From Macrostomum lignano (Eukaryota), in the NCBI GenBank assembly GCA_002269645.1, contig NIVC01000747.1, positions 1 to 32,175 of the forward strand: a stretch of 32,175 nt of DNA, given 5' to 3'. The first letter of the stretch is position 1. The number at the start of each line of letters is the position of its first letter. The position numbers and the translations under genes are program-made. This document shows positions 11,110-21,991 of this stretch, one piece after another. Below the pieces are notes generated by a model. The model made no database searches. It was given only the letters and a program-made list of their open reading frames with translations, and was not told where the DNA came from.

Positions 11110-11862
11110 TAAGCACAGACAACAAGAGTCGAAGCCAAAGTATTGCAAGTCCATTTGAGCGGCAGCCTGAGCAGCAAGTGACTCAGCCGAGCTTAGCTGA
11201 CTCGTCGATCCTGGCATCCCAACTCCGCCCGCCGCCCCAATATAACCGAATATCTCAATCCCCGTGTCCAAAATTGGGACAAATTTATTGGGAGACGCGG
11301 CGCCGCCTGAGTACAGAAGATTCGAACCCCCTGCTAGGGGATGGGATGACAAATTGGGCAGGTCTCTGGCACTTCTGCAACTTTCGTCTGCTGCTTTCTC
11401 TATTAATATTCGCCGAGGGCAGGAGAAAAAGTATAGAAATTTCCCCGCCGGCACAGAGAGCGGACAAACTTGCAGAATCTTCAGTTTCCTTCTTTTCCTT
11501 AGCCTTAAAGAAGGGCCGACCGCTTCTAGCCCTTTAGGGAAGTATAAAGAGAGATTTCTTTGAAGAAATTCCGCACCGGGGGTCTCCTGCCCCCCACCCT
11601 CCTCTCCAGCTAAAGTCTGAGGGGCAAACCTGGTGAGTCACTCGCCTGCCCTCCCCAGCTCCCCAGTTGCGGGGTTGAAAAGGATCAAGGAGAACCAGAA
11701 GCAAAATTTGGAGAGCAACAACACAGTGTCGAATTCCCCATAGTCAGACAGCTGTAGGCTGATTGCTACTCAGCTTACATATAGGAATTTACTTTTTTCT
11801 TACTTAAGTCATCAAACTGATTTTGTTACAATCCTGCCCCCCCCATTTTAAAGCTCAATAAA

Positions 11863-12480
11863 GCTAAACTCATGAGTCTGCGGAGCTTAAACTGGCGCTA
11901 AACTCATGAGTCTGCGGAGCTTAAACTGGCGCTAAACTCATGAGTCTGCGGAGCTTAAACTGGCGCTAAACTCATGAGCCTGCGGAGCTTAAACTGGCTC
12001 TAAACTGGCGCTAAACTCATGAGCCTGCGGAGCTTAAACTGGCGCTAAACTCATGAGCCTGCGGAGCTTAAACTGGCGCTAAACTCATGAGCCTGCGGAG
12101 CTTAAACTGGCGCTAAACTCATGAGCCTGCGGAGCTTAAGCTGGCGCTAAACTCATGAGCCTGCGGAGCTTAAGCTGGCGCTAAACTCATGAGCCTGCGG
12201 AGCTTAAACTGGCGCTAAACTCATGAGCCTGCGGAGCTTAAACTGGCGCTAAACTCATGAGCCTGCGGAGCTTAAACTGGCGCTAAACTCATGAGCCTGC
12301 GGAGCTTAAGCTGGCGCTAAACTCATGAGCCTGCGGAGCTTAAACTGGCGCTAAACTCATGAGCCTGCGGAGCTTAAGCTGGCGCTAAACTGGAGCTTAA
12401 ACTGGCGCTAAACTCATGCCTGCCGAGCTTAAACTGGCGCTAAACTCATGAGCCTACAGCGCTAAACTGGTACTAAACTC
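11863..12480. repeat. 34-bp minisatellite (CTAAACTCATGAGCCTGCGGAGCTTAAACTGGCG)n
   Basis: Period 34 (11864 to 11898); about 17 units, contiguous with no spacers. Confidence 0.95.
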
Positions 12481-13669
12481 ATACCTGGGGCCAGACTATA
12501 CCACCGTGACATTGGCTATGGATGCTATGGAATGGATGGCTATGTATCTCCAGAATTATGTTTGTAAAATCTCCTTGAAAGGATTTACGCACAGAGGAGG
12601 GTGGGGTGAAGGGACAGGGGGTGAGGAAAGGAAATCGCGTCTTCCCAAGCGCCTCAATCCCCTCCCCAAAGACACAAGCCAAGTTGGGGGGGAGAGAGAA
12701 TGGGAGAAGGGGAAGGGATAGAGCGGAAAAGCGTAATTCTGCTTTTGGTCGCGGCGGCGCCAACCCCAGACTTTCCGCCCGCCCAGGCACGCACAAGACC
12801 TGGGCCTCTCCCTCCTCACTCTCTGTATTTAGCCCCAATACCGAAGTTGTGTCTGTCTGTCTGGCACGCAGGCCCCCAGCCACCCCCTCCCCTCACGCCC
12901 GACGTCTATAAGAATCATATTATATAGGAGAACCCCATCCAATTCCAGCAGCACAGGACGCAAAAAAGGTTAACAAGGAAAACGCCGACTGCAAGGGCAG
13001 ACAGGCAGGCAGGCAGGCGGGCAAAGGCGCAAAACAACCCCGAGCTATCCATCCATCAGCCTCGGCCTCTCGTTCAGCTCTTAGGCGACTGCGGCAGTTA
13101 CAAGGAGAGGCTTGGGTGAGTGAGTCTGCTGTGCTGCCGGCCTGCCGCCACCTTTTACAAGCAGAACATTTATTAGCACTGAGCATTCCAGCCAACTATG
13201 AAGAAGAGGCTATTCAGCCTGGCTATATATTATTATTAGCTATGCTCATTTTGGTCTAGCGGCTGCTATAGATAGAGATATAAATAATTGGCAAGATAAG
13301 CTCAGCTCAGTAGTGACTGACAAGGAGAGAGAAGTGTGTGCATAGCCTACCTATATAGACAGACCAGACTGTCAGCTCACAGCTCTACTGTTAACAGAAT
13401 ACGTATGCAGTGCTAGCGAGTTATACTGATAGCTAGCCTTACCTATTATTTAGTTAGTGATTATTTCAATTTACAAAACCAATAGGCAGACAGAGCAAAG
13501 GGGAGAAAGACAAAGAATAAAAGAAGACCGGCTTGACAGGCTTCTAGTAGGACAGATGCAACAGGCGCAGCATGGACGAGACATTTGAGAAAATATCTTA
13601 TCTAAGATAGCAAATATCATTATTGAGTTTTCAATTGCTCTCGGTAAGTAAAGAGCCAGATTTCGACTC

Positions 13670-14045
13670 TCCCCTCTCCTCCTCTCCTCTCCTCCTCTCC
13701 TCTCCTCTCCTCTCCTCTCCTCTCCTCTCCTCTCCTCTCCTCTCCTCTCCTCTCCTCTCCTCTCCTCTCCTCTCCTCTCCTATCCTATCCTCTCCTCTCC
13801 TCTCCTCTCCCCTCTCCTCCCTCTCCTCCGCTCCTCTCCCTCTCCTCCCCTCTCCTCTCCTCTCCTCTCCTCTCCTATCCTATCCTCTCCTCTCCTCTCC
13901 TCTCCCCTCTCCTCCCCTCTCCTCCGCTCCTCTCCCCTCTCCTCCCCTCTCCTCCGCTCCTCTCCCCTCTCCTCCCCTCTCCTCCCCTCTCCTCCGCTCC
14001 TCTCCCCTCTCCCTCTCCTCTCCTCTGCTCTGCTCTCCTCTGCTC
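13670..14045. repeat. (CTCTC/CTCCC)n pentamer microsatellite
   Basis: Pure pyrimidine tract ~500 bp upstream of the LRR gene ATG. Confidence 0.92.
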
Positions 14046-14570
14046 ACCTCTCAGCAGCACTATTTGCAATTAATTAGTATAATTTCTATATGCAGATGTG
14101 TATATACTAAGTATACAAACATTTCTCTCTTTAATGGGAGGCCAAATCGCAGAAATTAGCTGCATACATATGTATGAGCCAATGAATTAATGTATTTTTT
14201 ATGCAGCAGAGCAAGCAAACAAATTCTCTATTGCAACATTCGCTACGTGTTGCCACGCGCTGCAGTGCGTTGCACTTTCCCTGTTCTGTCCCACGGAAAA
14301 TACAGAAATCTGCGCCCAGTTACAGTAGTTCGACTCACGACTTGACTTCAGTGACTGCCGGCTACATGCATAACTTGCACTGTATGATGAGTCATGCTTT
14401 TTGCATTCGCTGCAAGTTCATACCAAGCGCCAGTGACAGTATTGCACCATGCGCGAGCATAAGCCATGCCTTTGGACGCAAAACAATCTTCCGTCCTGAC
14501 TGCTGCATCATAATTTTCCGATTCCAGATCCGACGCCTGCAACCGACGTCAGCCCCACGAAAGCCAAACA

Positions 14571-14956
14571 ATGCCAGCTAAAAGCTGTGTTCCAGTCCCA
14601 TATCTGCTCCTAGTTTTGCTCCTATCGCTAGCACCGGCCGAGCCCACAACATGCCAGCCTGGTCAAGCTGACTGCGTCATCAGAGACGTCAGCAGCATGT
14701 CTGGAATGGAACTGTTCAACAGGCGACTGTCCGAGTCAACCGTTCGGCTGACGCTGATCAACGTCACCTTCAGCAGCTGGCCAGATAAGTCGGCAATCCG
14801 AGCCAGCTCAACTGCTGCTCGAATTCGAAGCCTCACTCTGGACAGAGTCGGCGGCAGTGCCATTGAGTTGAACGGCATCCTGCCATCGCTGGTCCAGCTG
14901 AGGCTGAGCAACTGCTGCCCGATGCCGCTCGGGGCCCCCGTAACCTCGTTGAACAG
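14571..14956 (+). CDS. LRR-transmembrane protein, exon 1 (signal peptide, Cys N-cap, first LRR-like units); nested in NR1 intron 4
   Basis: MPAKSCVPVPYLLLVLLLSLAPA is signal-peptide-like, followed by TCQPGQADC and LxxLxL-type units (IRSLTLDRV, LVQLRLSNC). Donor AG|GTCAGT at 14956/14957, phase 2. Confidence 0.8.
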
Positions 14957-14974
14957 GTCAGTCGGTCAGCACAG

Positions 14975-15282
14975 TTTTACTTTTCCAGTTAAAGGCGGGG
15001 TGGCTGTGTGCACCCTGGCGCACTTTAAGCGAAATTGTCGCATCACAGGCGAGAGGCATTGCTGCCCATTCCGCCGACTCCCCTGAGCAGTCATACTCAC
15101 AGGCACACACTCACACAGGAGTGTACAGCGGCCCTAACTTTATTTATCGTTAGGCATGTACACTTCACTGTGCCTTGGGGGTTGGCCCTCATGGGCGAGA
15201 GCCAAGCCGAGATTCCAATTTAGCCCCCCCCAAATTAATGTGACTGCACTTGGAATCGAGCCTGGGCTGCCTGGCACATCAT
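14975..15282 (-). mobile_element. SINE-like interspersed repeat, copy 2, in intron 1 of the LRR gene
   Basis: Inverted homologue of 285-623. The spurious ORFs 338..589(-) and 15035..15223(+) give almost the same peptide. Confidence 0.7.
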
Positions 15283-15428
15283 GACAAATTGGGCTTCGAT
15301 ATCCCCCTATCATTAACCATCCACCTGAAAGCTTTTCTAAATTAATCTACCCCAAAACCTGTCCAATAATCTCATTCGATTCGCGTGCAGCAAATCTTAC
15401 TCACAGAACCAATACATCTAACAAACAG

Positions 15429-15831
15429 CCTACAGGAGCTCAGCATTGTCGGCGGCTGCAAAATTGACACCTTGAACAGCAGCTGGTTGGGCCGCCTGCC
15501 GTCCTTGCAAACTCTGACCATAGACAGCGCCATGCTGGACAACCTGAACCTGGCGGACCTGCCGCAGGTCACTCGCGACTCATTGCAGGAGGTCAAACTA
15601 ACCAATAACAATTTCAAAAAGTTGGAAGACGACGCGTTCGGCTCGATGCCGAATTTGCGCAGCCTCATTCTGGACGGTAATATTGTGCAGTACATTCAAA
15701 TCGGAGCGTTTCAACGCCTGCCTAAACTGCGCGAGCTCAGCATTGTACTGCCGCTGCCCAAGGAGGGCGTCCTGGCCAAGATCTGGGAGCCGCTGTTGGA
15801 CGGCCGATTCGATAATAACACGGAATTGGAG
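15429..15831 (+). CDS. LRR-transmembrane protein, exon 2 (LRRs)
   Basis: Acceptor ACAAACAG|C (phase 2). LRRs include LQELSIVG, LPSLQTLTIDS, LQEVKLTNNNFKKLEDDAFGSMPNLRSLILDGNIVQYIQIGAFQRLPKLRELSI. Donor GAG|GTGAGT, phase 0. Confidence 0.88.
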
Positions 15832-16346
15832 GTGAGTTGCTCTTTGTAAGTGCCAAAAGTTCGATACCGCAATAATATGGGCTTCAAAGACACGTTAGAT
15901 TTGCCAAGGTAATACCACAGAATAACTAGCTGGGCCACTCAGCACATTTGCGTGTAAGCTACTTTTATTTCAGTAGTAAGTTAAACAGAAGCATTTTTAT
16001 GTATTTTTAAAATCAAGACATTTACTGACTCTTACCCCCCCCCCCAGCTGAAACCCTCAAACCGCGCCTTTCCACACTCCCCAGCCCCAATTTTATTGCC
16101 TTCCTCGGAATTCCAGCCTAAAGCTGCCATGTACATTTCAGTGGACTGGCTAATGTACATTATTGCTGAACCAATAAGCCTTATTTTATAAAATTAGCTT
16201 ATGTATTCTTCTTTACTACTGAACTGAAAGTAGAAAGCTGTTTTGCTAAGCATATGTGCCTGAGTGGCCCATCTATTGTAGTTTTTTTAGTATCTGTGGG
16301 TAAGACTTGTCGTGCGATTCACGTCTTATCCCCGCCAATCGCCCAG

Positions 16347-17444
16347 ACGCTCCGCCTAGTGAACGCTCGCCTAGCCGAGGATCAAATCCCCAACGCGCTG
16401 GACCGGCTGCAGAAGCTTCGCCGACTCGACCTGAGCGGTCATCGATTCCGTCGGCTTAGCAATGGCGTCCTGGCCGGGCTGACCGGCCTGCGCGAGCTGG
16501 ACCTGAGCAACGGCAGCCTGGCGTGCCTGTTCGATCGCAATTTCGGCATTATGAAATGGCTGGAACAGCTCAACCTGGCCAATAATGACATTCGAGTCAT
16601 TGGACAGCGCGCCCTGCTCGGCTTGGCCTCTCTATCCAGCTTGGACCTGTCTGGCAACCCCATTAAAGAGGTTCAACAAGGCGCATTCTGCAGCCTGCCA
16701 GCCAGCGTGAAACAGGCGCCGAGTCCGCTGGCCAGCTTCAATTTCAGCTCAACAATCAGCGGAGCTGTCAATCTGTCCGAGCCGTGTCCGGAAGGCTTCG
16801 ATCCCAACCGGCTGGTGCTGAGCAGCCGGCCGCAGTGCCTCATGCCCAAGCCACGCCAGTCCGATTCTAACGGCAATGGGAAGTCGGGCAGCGGCAATCA
16901 GTCCCGGCACACGTTCCTCATCATCATCGGCCTGTGCGTGGCCTTCCTGCTCATCACCGTCATCTCCATGATGGCGTACAAAGGCTGGAGCAAGCGCAAG
17001 AACGCCGAGCTGGCCAGAGATGAGGAGAAGGAGCTGGAGCTGCAGGCCATGGTGGCGGCGGCCGACGCTCCGGCAGCGTCTGGCGGCAGCAACGGCAACA
17101 GCAAGAAGCCGCCAAACAATGGCCGACACCATCGACACTCCGGCGGCGGCAAGTCGTCGTCAAAGAAGTCGCCATCAGCGGCTGAAACTCCGTCTGGAGC
17201 TCAGCAAGGCGAGCCCGGAGCTGCCGAAGGCGCGGCCGAAGTGGAGGTGGTCAGGGCTCAAGTTGAAAGTCCAGGCAAGGCGGCGGCGGCTGCTTCAACT
17301 CCGACTGAGCCTTCGGCGGCGCCGGCTGAGCAAAATCCGTCAGCGCCGGGGCCGCAGCTTCGGCCAGGGGTGACCCTGATGACCTCCGTGCCTGAGGACA
17401 GCGACCTGGAGGCCAGGGCCATCACCACTCTGGTTGTAGTCTGA
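16347..17444 (+). CDS. LRR-transmembrane protein, exon 3 (LRRs, Cys C-cap, single TM, low-complexity cytoplasmic tail); spliced protein 628 aa
   Basis: Acceptor GCCCAG|ACG (phase 0). Typical LRRs (LRRLDLSGHRF, LRELDLSNGSL, LEQLNLANNDI, LSSLDLSGNPI). TM FLIIIGLCVAFLLITVISMMAY followed by basic KGWSKRK. Ends ...ITTLVVV-stop; no TIR domain. AATAAA at 17658 and 17685. Confidence 0.9.
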   Translation, partial: TLRLVNARLAEDQIPNALDRLQKLRRLDLSGHRFRRLSNGVLAGLTGLRELDLSNGSLACLFDRNFGIMKWLEQLNLANNDIRVIGQRALLGLASLSSLDLSGNPIKEVQQGAFCSLPASVKQAPSPLASFNFSSTISGAVNLSEPCPEGFDPNRLVLSSRPQCLMPKPRQSDSNGNGKSGSGNQSRHTFLIIIGLCVAFLLITVISMMAYKGWSKRKNAELARDEEKELELQAMVAAADAPAASGGSNGNSKKPPNNGRHHRHSGGGKSSSKKSPSAAETPSGAQQGEPGAAEGAAEVEVVRAQVESPGKAAAAASTPTEPSAAPAEQNPSAPGPQLRPGVTLMTSVPEDSDLEARAITTLVVV

Positions 17445-18311
17445 CCCGAGGCTGTCAAAGCATGCACCTCCCCGAGCCCCGCTTCGAACTCTCTCGTGCT
17501 AATAATAGTAGTACGTTTAGCAACAGAAGCGCTACTAAATAATACTGTAGGCAAGTCAAGGCAATGGTCTCTGAGCAATTTTTTGTCTTCTTATTTTCTG
17601 GTTTTCAATGATATAAAACAAAAGACTATGAAGAAGTGTCGCTTTGCTTGTTAGCGTAATAAATTCTAAAGCTTTGTAATAGTCAATAAATTTTGCCAGC
17701 AGAACCAACCCCCCCCCCACATAACTAGGCCTAACCGCTTGCTTCCGCAACTTATTTTTATCATTTTTTCTTCAAAGAAAATGTCAAACAGCGTTTCACT
17801 ATTCACCAACTCTGTACAGCAATGCTTTTTTTTCAATTTAAAAACCCTTCTTCTAAAAGAAGCCACCGCTTTGAAAACAAAATTATGAAAACACGCAGAT
17901 ATGATGAGCCATGCAGCTGCCTGCCTGAAGCCTGAAGTTTCAAGCGAGAGCATTTCTCTTCCACTCCAAGCAACTGAGCTCAGTCTGAGCTAGAGCCCCC
18001 CAGCAACAAGTCGCAGCTGATGTAATATATGAATGCAGTGCTTCATTCATTTTATGCACGTGTTTAAACTACTCTACGTTAAAACTATTAGTGCCATTTC
18101 TGCTTTTATTCTGTACGCTGCTTCGCTTGCAAAACTGCTGACAAAACTTTTGTTAAGGATTGGCGCAAGGTCCAATCAGAGTTTCGAGCTGGGTCGGAGC
18201 GGTTATCTGTTTTTTGAGCGTGTTAAATATATAATATATATTCGTATACCGTTACTTTATATCCTATACTTTGATGCTGCTATTTTTTATATTTCTTTGT
18301 CTTGGCAACAG

Positions 18312-19652
18312 TTCATGACAAACACTCCAATCCCACACATTGCAATCCCACACATTGCAATCCCACAAACTGCAATCCCACACACTTCAATGCGACACAC
18401 TTCAATCCCACACACTCCAATCACACACTCCAATCCCACACACTCCAATCCCACACACTCCAACCCCACACACTTCAATGCGACACACTTCAATCCCACA
18501 CACTCAAATCCCACACACTCCAATGCCACACACTCCAATGCCACACATGAGATAGAGATTAGATAGAAGGTGAGATAGAGATTAGATAGTAGGTGAGATA
18601 GAGATTAGATAGAAGGTGGGACTCCAATCCCACATACTCCAATCCCACAAACTGCAATCCCACACACTCCAATCCCACATATTCCAATGCCACACACTTC
18701 AATGCCACATACTGCAATCCCACGCATTCCAATCCCACACACTCCAACCCTATACACTCCAATCCCACACACTCCAACCCCACACACTCCAATTCCACAC
18801 ACTCCAACCCCACACACTTCAATGCGACACACTTCAATCCCACACACTCAAATCCCACACACTCCAATCCCACAGACTCCAATGCCACACATGAGATAGA
18901 GATTTTATAAAAGGTGAGATAGAGATTAGATAGAAGGTGGGACTCCAATCCCACATACTCCAATCCCACAAACTGCAATCCCACACACTCCAATCCCACA
19001 TATTCCAATGCCACACACTTCAATGCCACATACTGCAATCCCACGCATTCCAATCCCACACACTCCAACCCCATACACTCCAATCCCACACACTCCAACC
19101 CCACACACTCCAATTCCACACACTCCAACCCCACACACTTCAATGCGACACACTTCAATCCCACACACTCAAATCCCACACACTCCAATCCCACAGACTC
19201 CAATGCCACACATGAGATAGAGATTTTATAAAAGGTGAGATAGAGATTAGATAGTAGGTGGGACTCCAATCCCACACACTCCAATCCCACACACTCCAAT
19301 CCCACATATTCCAATGCCACACACTTCAATGCCACATACTGCAATCCCACGCACTCCAATCCCACACACTCCAACCCCACACACTCCAATCCCACACACT
19401 CCAATCCCACACACTCCAATCCCACACACTCCAACACCACACACTCCAATCCCACACACTCCAATCCCACACACTCCAATCCCACACACTCAAATCCCAC
19501 ACACTCCAATCCCACATATTCCAATGCCACACACTTCAATGCCACATACTGCAATCCCACGCACTCCAATCCCACACACTCCAACCCCACACACTCCAAT
19601 TCCACACACTCCAACACCACACACTCCAATCCCACACACTCCAACCCCACAC
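18312..19652. repeat. 15-bp minisatellite (CCAATCCCACACACT)n with a 321-bp higher-order repeat and embedded 23-bp GAGATAGAGATTAGATAG blocks
   Basis: Near-identical spurious ORFs start at 18605, 18926 and 19247 (321-bp spacing). Confidence 0.93.
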
Positions 19653-19707
19653 AAACGGATGGGTGAATGCCGCACCCAGTATCCTGGAACCTGCACGAGT
19701 CGCTCAC

Positions 19708-19967
19708 CTGAGTTCGGATCCTGCCAGGTGCAGTCGACTTCGCCGCTAAAATTGACTGGATTGGGATTGTACATGCAGCTCATGTTGGCCTCCTTGGTCC
19801 GGTTGAGCACGAACGGTTTGCTCAGTTTTGTCACCACGCGCAGGGTGGTCTTGCGCTTGAAGCTGAACGGAGCCCCGGCGACCTCGCGGGAGCCGCCGCC
19901 GCCTCGGCCAACGCCGCGCCAGCAGCGACCGTGGCCGCCGGGCGTGCAGGTGTCCTTCATGTGGCGC
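19708..19967 (-). CDS. GRIN1: GluN1-like coding exon 4 (ATD-LBD linker, start of S1)
   Basis: Acceptor GCGCAG|G (phase 2). Reads RHMKDTC...KRKTTLRVVTKLSKPFVLNRTKEANMSC...VDCTWQDPNSG, like GluN1 STRLKIVTIHQEPFVYVK...GTC...VICTGPN. Donor TCAG|GTGAGC, phase 1; 260 nt. Confidence 0.9.
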
Positions 19968-19987
19968 CTGCGCAGTTGGGAGCGGGT

Positions 19988-20582
19988 GGGGTCAGGTAGA
20001 GTAGGGTCAGGTAAAGTAGGGTCAGGTAGAGTAGGGTCAGGTAAAGTAGGGTCAGGTAGAGTAGGGTCAGGTAGAGTAGGGTCAGGTAGAGTAGGGTCAG
20101 GTAGAGTAGGGTCAGGTAGAGTAGGGTCAGGTAGAGTAGGGTCAGGTAGAGTAGGGTCAGGTAGAGTAGGGTCAGGTAGAGTAGGGTCAGGTATAGATTG
20201 GGGTCAGGTAGAGTAGGGTCAGGTGTAGATTGGGGTCAGGTAGAGTAGGGTCAGGTGTAGATTGGGGTCAGGTAGAGTAGGGTCAGGTGTAGATTGGGGT
20301 CAGGTAGAGTAGGGTCAGGTATAGATTGGGGTCAGGTAGAGTAGGGTCAGGTAGAATATGGTCAGGTAGAGTAGGGTCAGGTATAGATTGGGGTCACGTA
20401 GAGTAGGGTCAGGTAGAGTAGGTTCAGGTAGAGTAGGGTCAGGTAGAATATGGTCAGGTAGAGTAGGGTCAGGTAGAGTAGGGTCAGGTAGAGTAGGGTC
20501 AGGTAGAGTAGGGTCAGGTAGAATATGGTCAGGTAGAGTAGGGTCAGGCAGAGTAGGGTCAGGTAGATTAGGATCAAGTAGA
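19988..20582. repeat. 15-bp minisatellite (GGGTCAGGTAGAGTA)n filling NR1 intron 3
   Basis: Occupies ~595 of 638 intron bases. Confidence 0.95.
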
Positions 20583-20605
20583 GCATGCAGGCAGCCGCTA
20601 CCCAC

Positions 20606-20902
20606 CTGTAGGTCATGTTTCCCGGCCAGCGCACCAGCTCCATCGACACATTCAACAGATTAACGTAGCCGCCCACGCCTATCGCGTCTCGGCCAGCAGC
20701 GACACTGACACCCGGAAGAGGTCTGGCGGCCGACGGGCCAGCCGGATCGATGGTGATGGGGACGCCGTAGGTGCCGACTTGGATAAGACGGCCTGTGGCG
20801 TCAGCGTTGACAATCTGGTAGACTGCGTGGCGCCGGTCCCCGTTGGCGTCGAACGCCACACGGCCGGTGGCGCCGTCGTTGAATTCCACCGCCACGAGCG
20901 AC
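20606..20902 (-). CDS. GRIN1: GluN1-like coding exon 3 (end of ATD)
   Basis: Acceptor CACTCAG|G (phase 2). Reads SLVAVEFNDGATGRVAFDANGDRRHAVYQIVN...QVGTY...VRWPGNMTYR, like GluN1 [26 protein letters not shown]...QVGIY...IIWPG. Donor AG|GTGGGT, phase 2; 297 nt. Confidence 0.92.
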
Positions 20903-20994
20903 CTGAGTGCAAAGGGGCAATCCCGTGAGTTTTATAAAGGTGGACCTTTGCCGTCAATTGGAAATCAGGAAGTTCCAAACAATTGAAACAATGC

Positions 20995-21950
20995 ATAACC
21001 AACGGGAATTCCCAACCTTCATAATCAACGGGAATCCCAACCTTCATAATCAACGGGAATCCCAACCTTCATAACCAACGGGAAATCCCAACCTTCATAA
21101 CCAACGGGAAATCCCAACCTTCATAATCAACGGGAAATCCCAACCTTCATAATCAACGGGAATCCCAACCTTCATAACCAACGGGAAATCCCAACCTTCA
21201 TAACCAACGGGAAATCCCAACCTTCATAATCAACGGGAAATCCCAACCTTCATAATCAACGGAAAATCCCAACCTTCATAATCAACGGAAAATCTCAACC
21301 TTCATAATCAACGGGAAATCCCAACCTTCATAATCAACGGAAAATCTCAACCTTCATAATCAACGGGAAATCCCAACCTTCATAATCAACGGGAAATCCC
21401 AACCTTCATAATCAACGGAAAATCTCAACCTTCATAATCAACGGGAAATCCCAACCTTCATAATCAACGGAAAATCTCAACCTTCATAATCAACGGGAAA
21501 TCCCAACCTTCATAACCAACGGGAAATCCCAACCTTCATAATCAACGGGAAATCTCAACCTTCACAATCAACGGAAAATCTCAACCTTCATAACCAACGG
21601 GAAATCCCAACCTTCATAATCAACGGGAAATCCCAACACTCATATTGAACTGGAAATCCCAACCTTCATAATCAACGGAAAATCTCAACCTTCATAACCA
21701 ACGGGAATTCTTAACCTTCATAACCAACGGGAATTCCCAACCTTCATAACCAACGGGAATTCCCAACCTTCATAACCAACTGGAAATCCCAACCTTCATA
21801 ACCAACGGGAATACCCAACCTTCATAACCAACGGGAATTCCCAACCTTCATAACCAACGGGAATTCCCAACCTTCATAACCAACGGGAAATCCCAACCTT
21901 CATAACCAACGGGAAATCCCAACACTCATATTGAACTGGAAATCTCAACC
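20995..21950. repeat. 25/26-bp minisatellite (AACGGGAAATCCCAACCTTCATAATC)n filling NR1 intron 2
   Basis: Occupies ~950 of 1089 intron bases. Confidence 0.95.
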
Positions 21951-21991
21951 AAAGAATCGAACGCGAACTCAAAAATCAAAGATTATCTCAC

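Noticed and set aside
11110-11563. Possible extra exon or gene (ORFs 11178..11537, 11264..11563 and the N-terminal part of 10609..11454)
   Set aside because: No recognisable domain and no consistent splice pair linking it to NR1 (exon 4/5 join is already complete) or to the LRR gene; cannot be fully excluded without RNA data.
11863-12480. CRISPR-like array (34-bp repeat); the same check was applied to the 25-, 26- and 32-bp arrays
   Set aside because: Units are contiguous with no unique spacers, there are no cas genes, and the context is a eukaryotic intron.
17899-17990. Box C/D snoRNA candidate (ATGATGA ... CTGA); a similar motif occurs at ~14385
   Set aside because: No convincing terminal stem or recognisable rRNA guide; such motifs are expected by chance.
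18287-20663. Cys/His-rich repeat ORFs (CVGLE, HSNPT, GSGRV, LTLLY) resembling metal-binding or adhesive proteins
   Set aside because: 15-bp intronic repeats open in multiple frames; they lie inside NR1 introns defined by phase-consistent splice sites.
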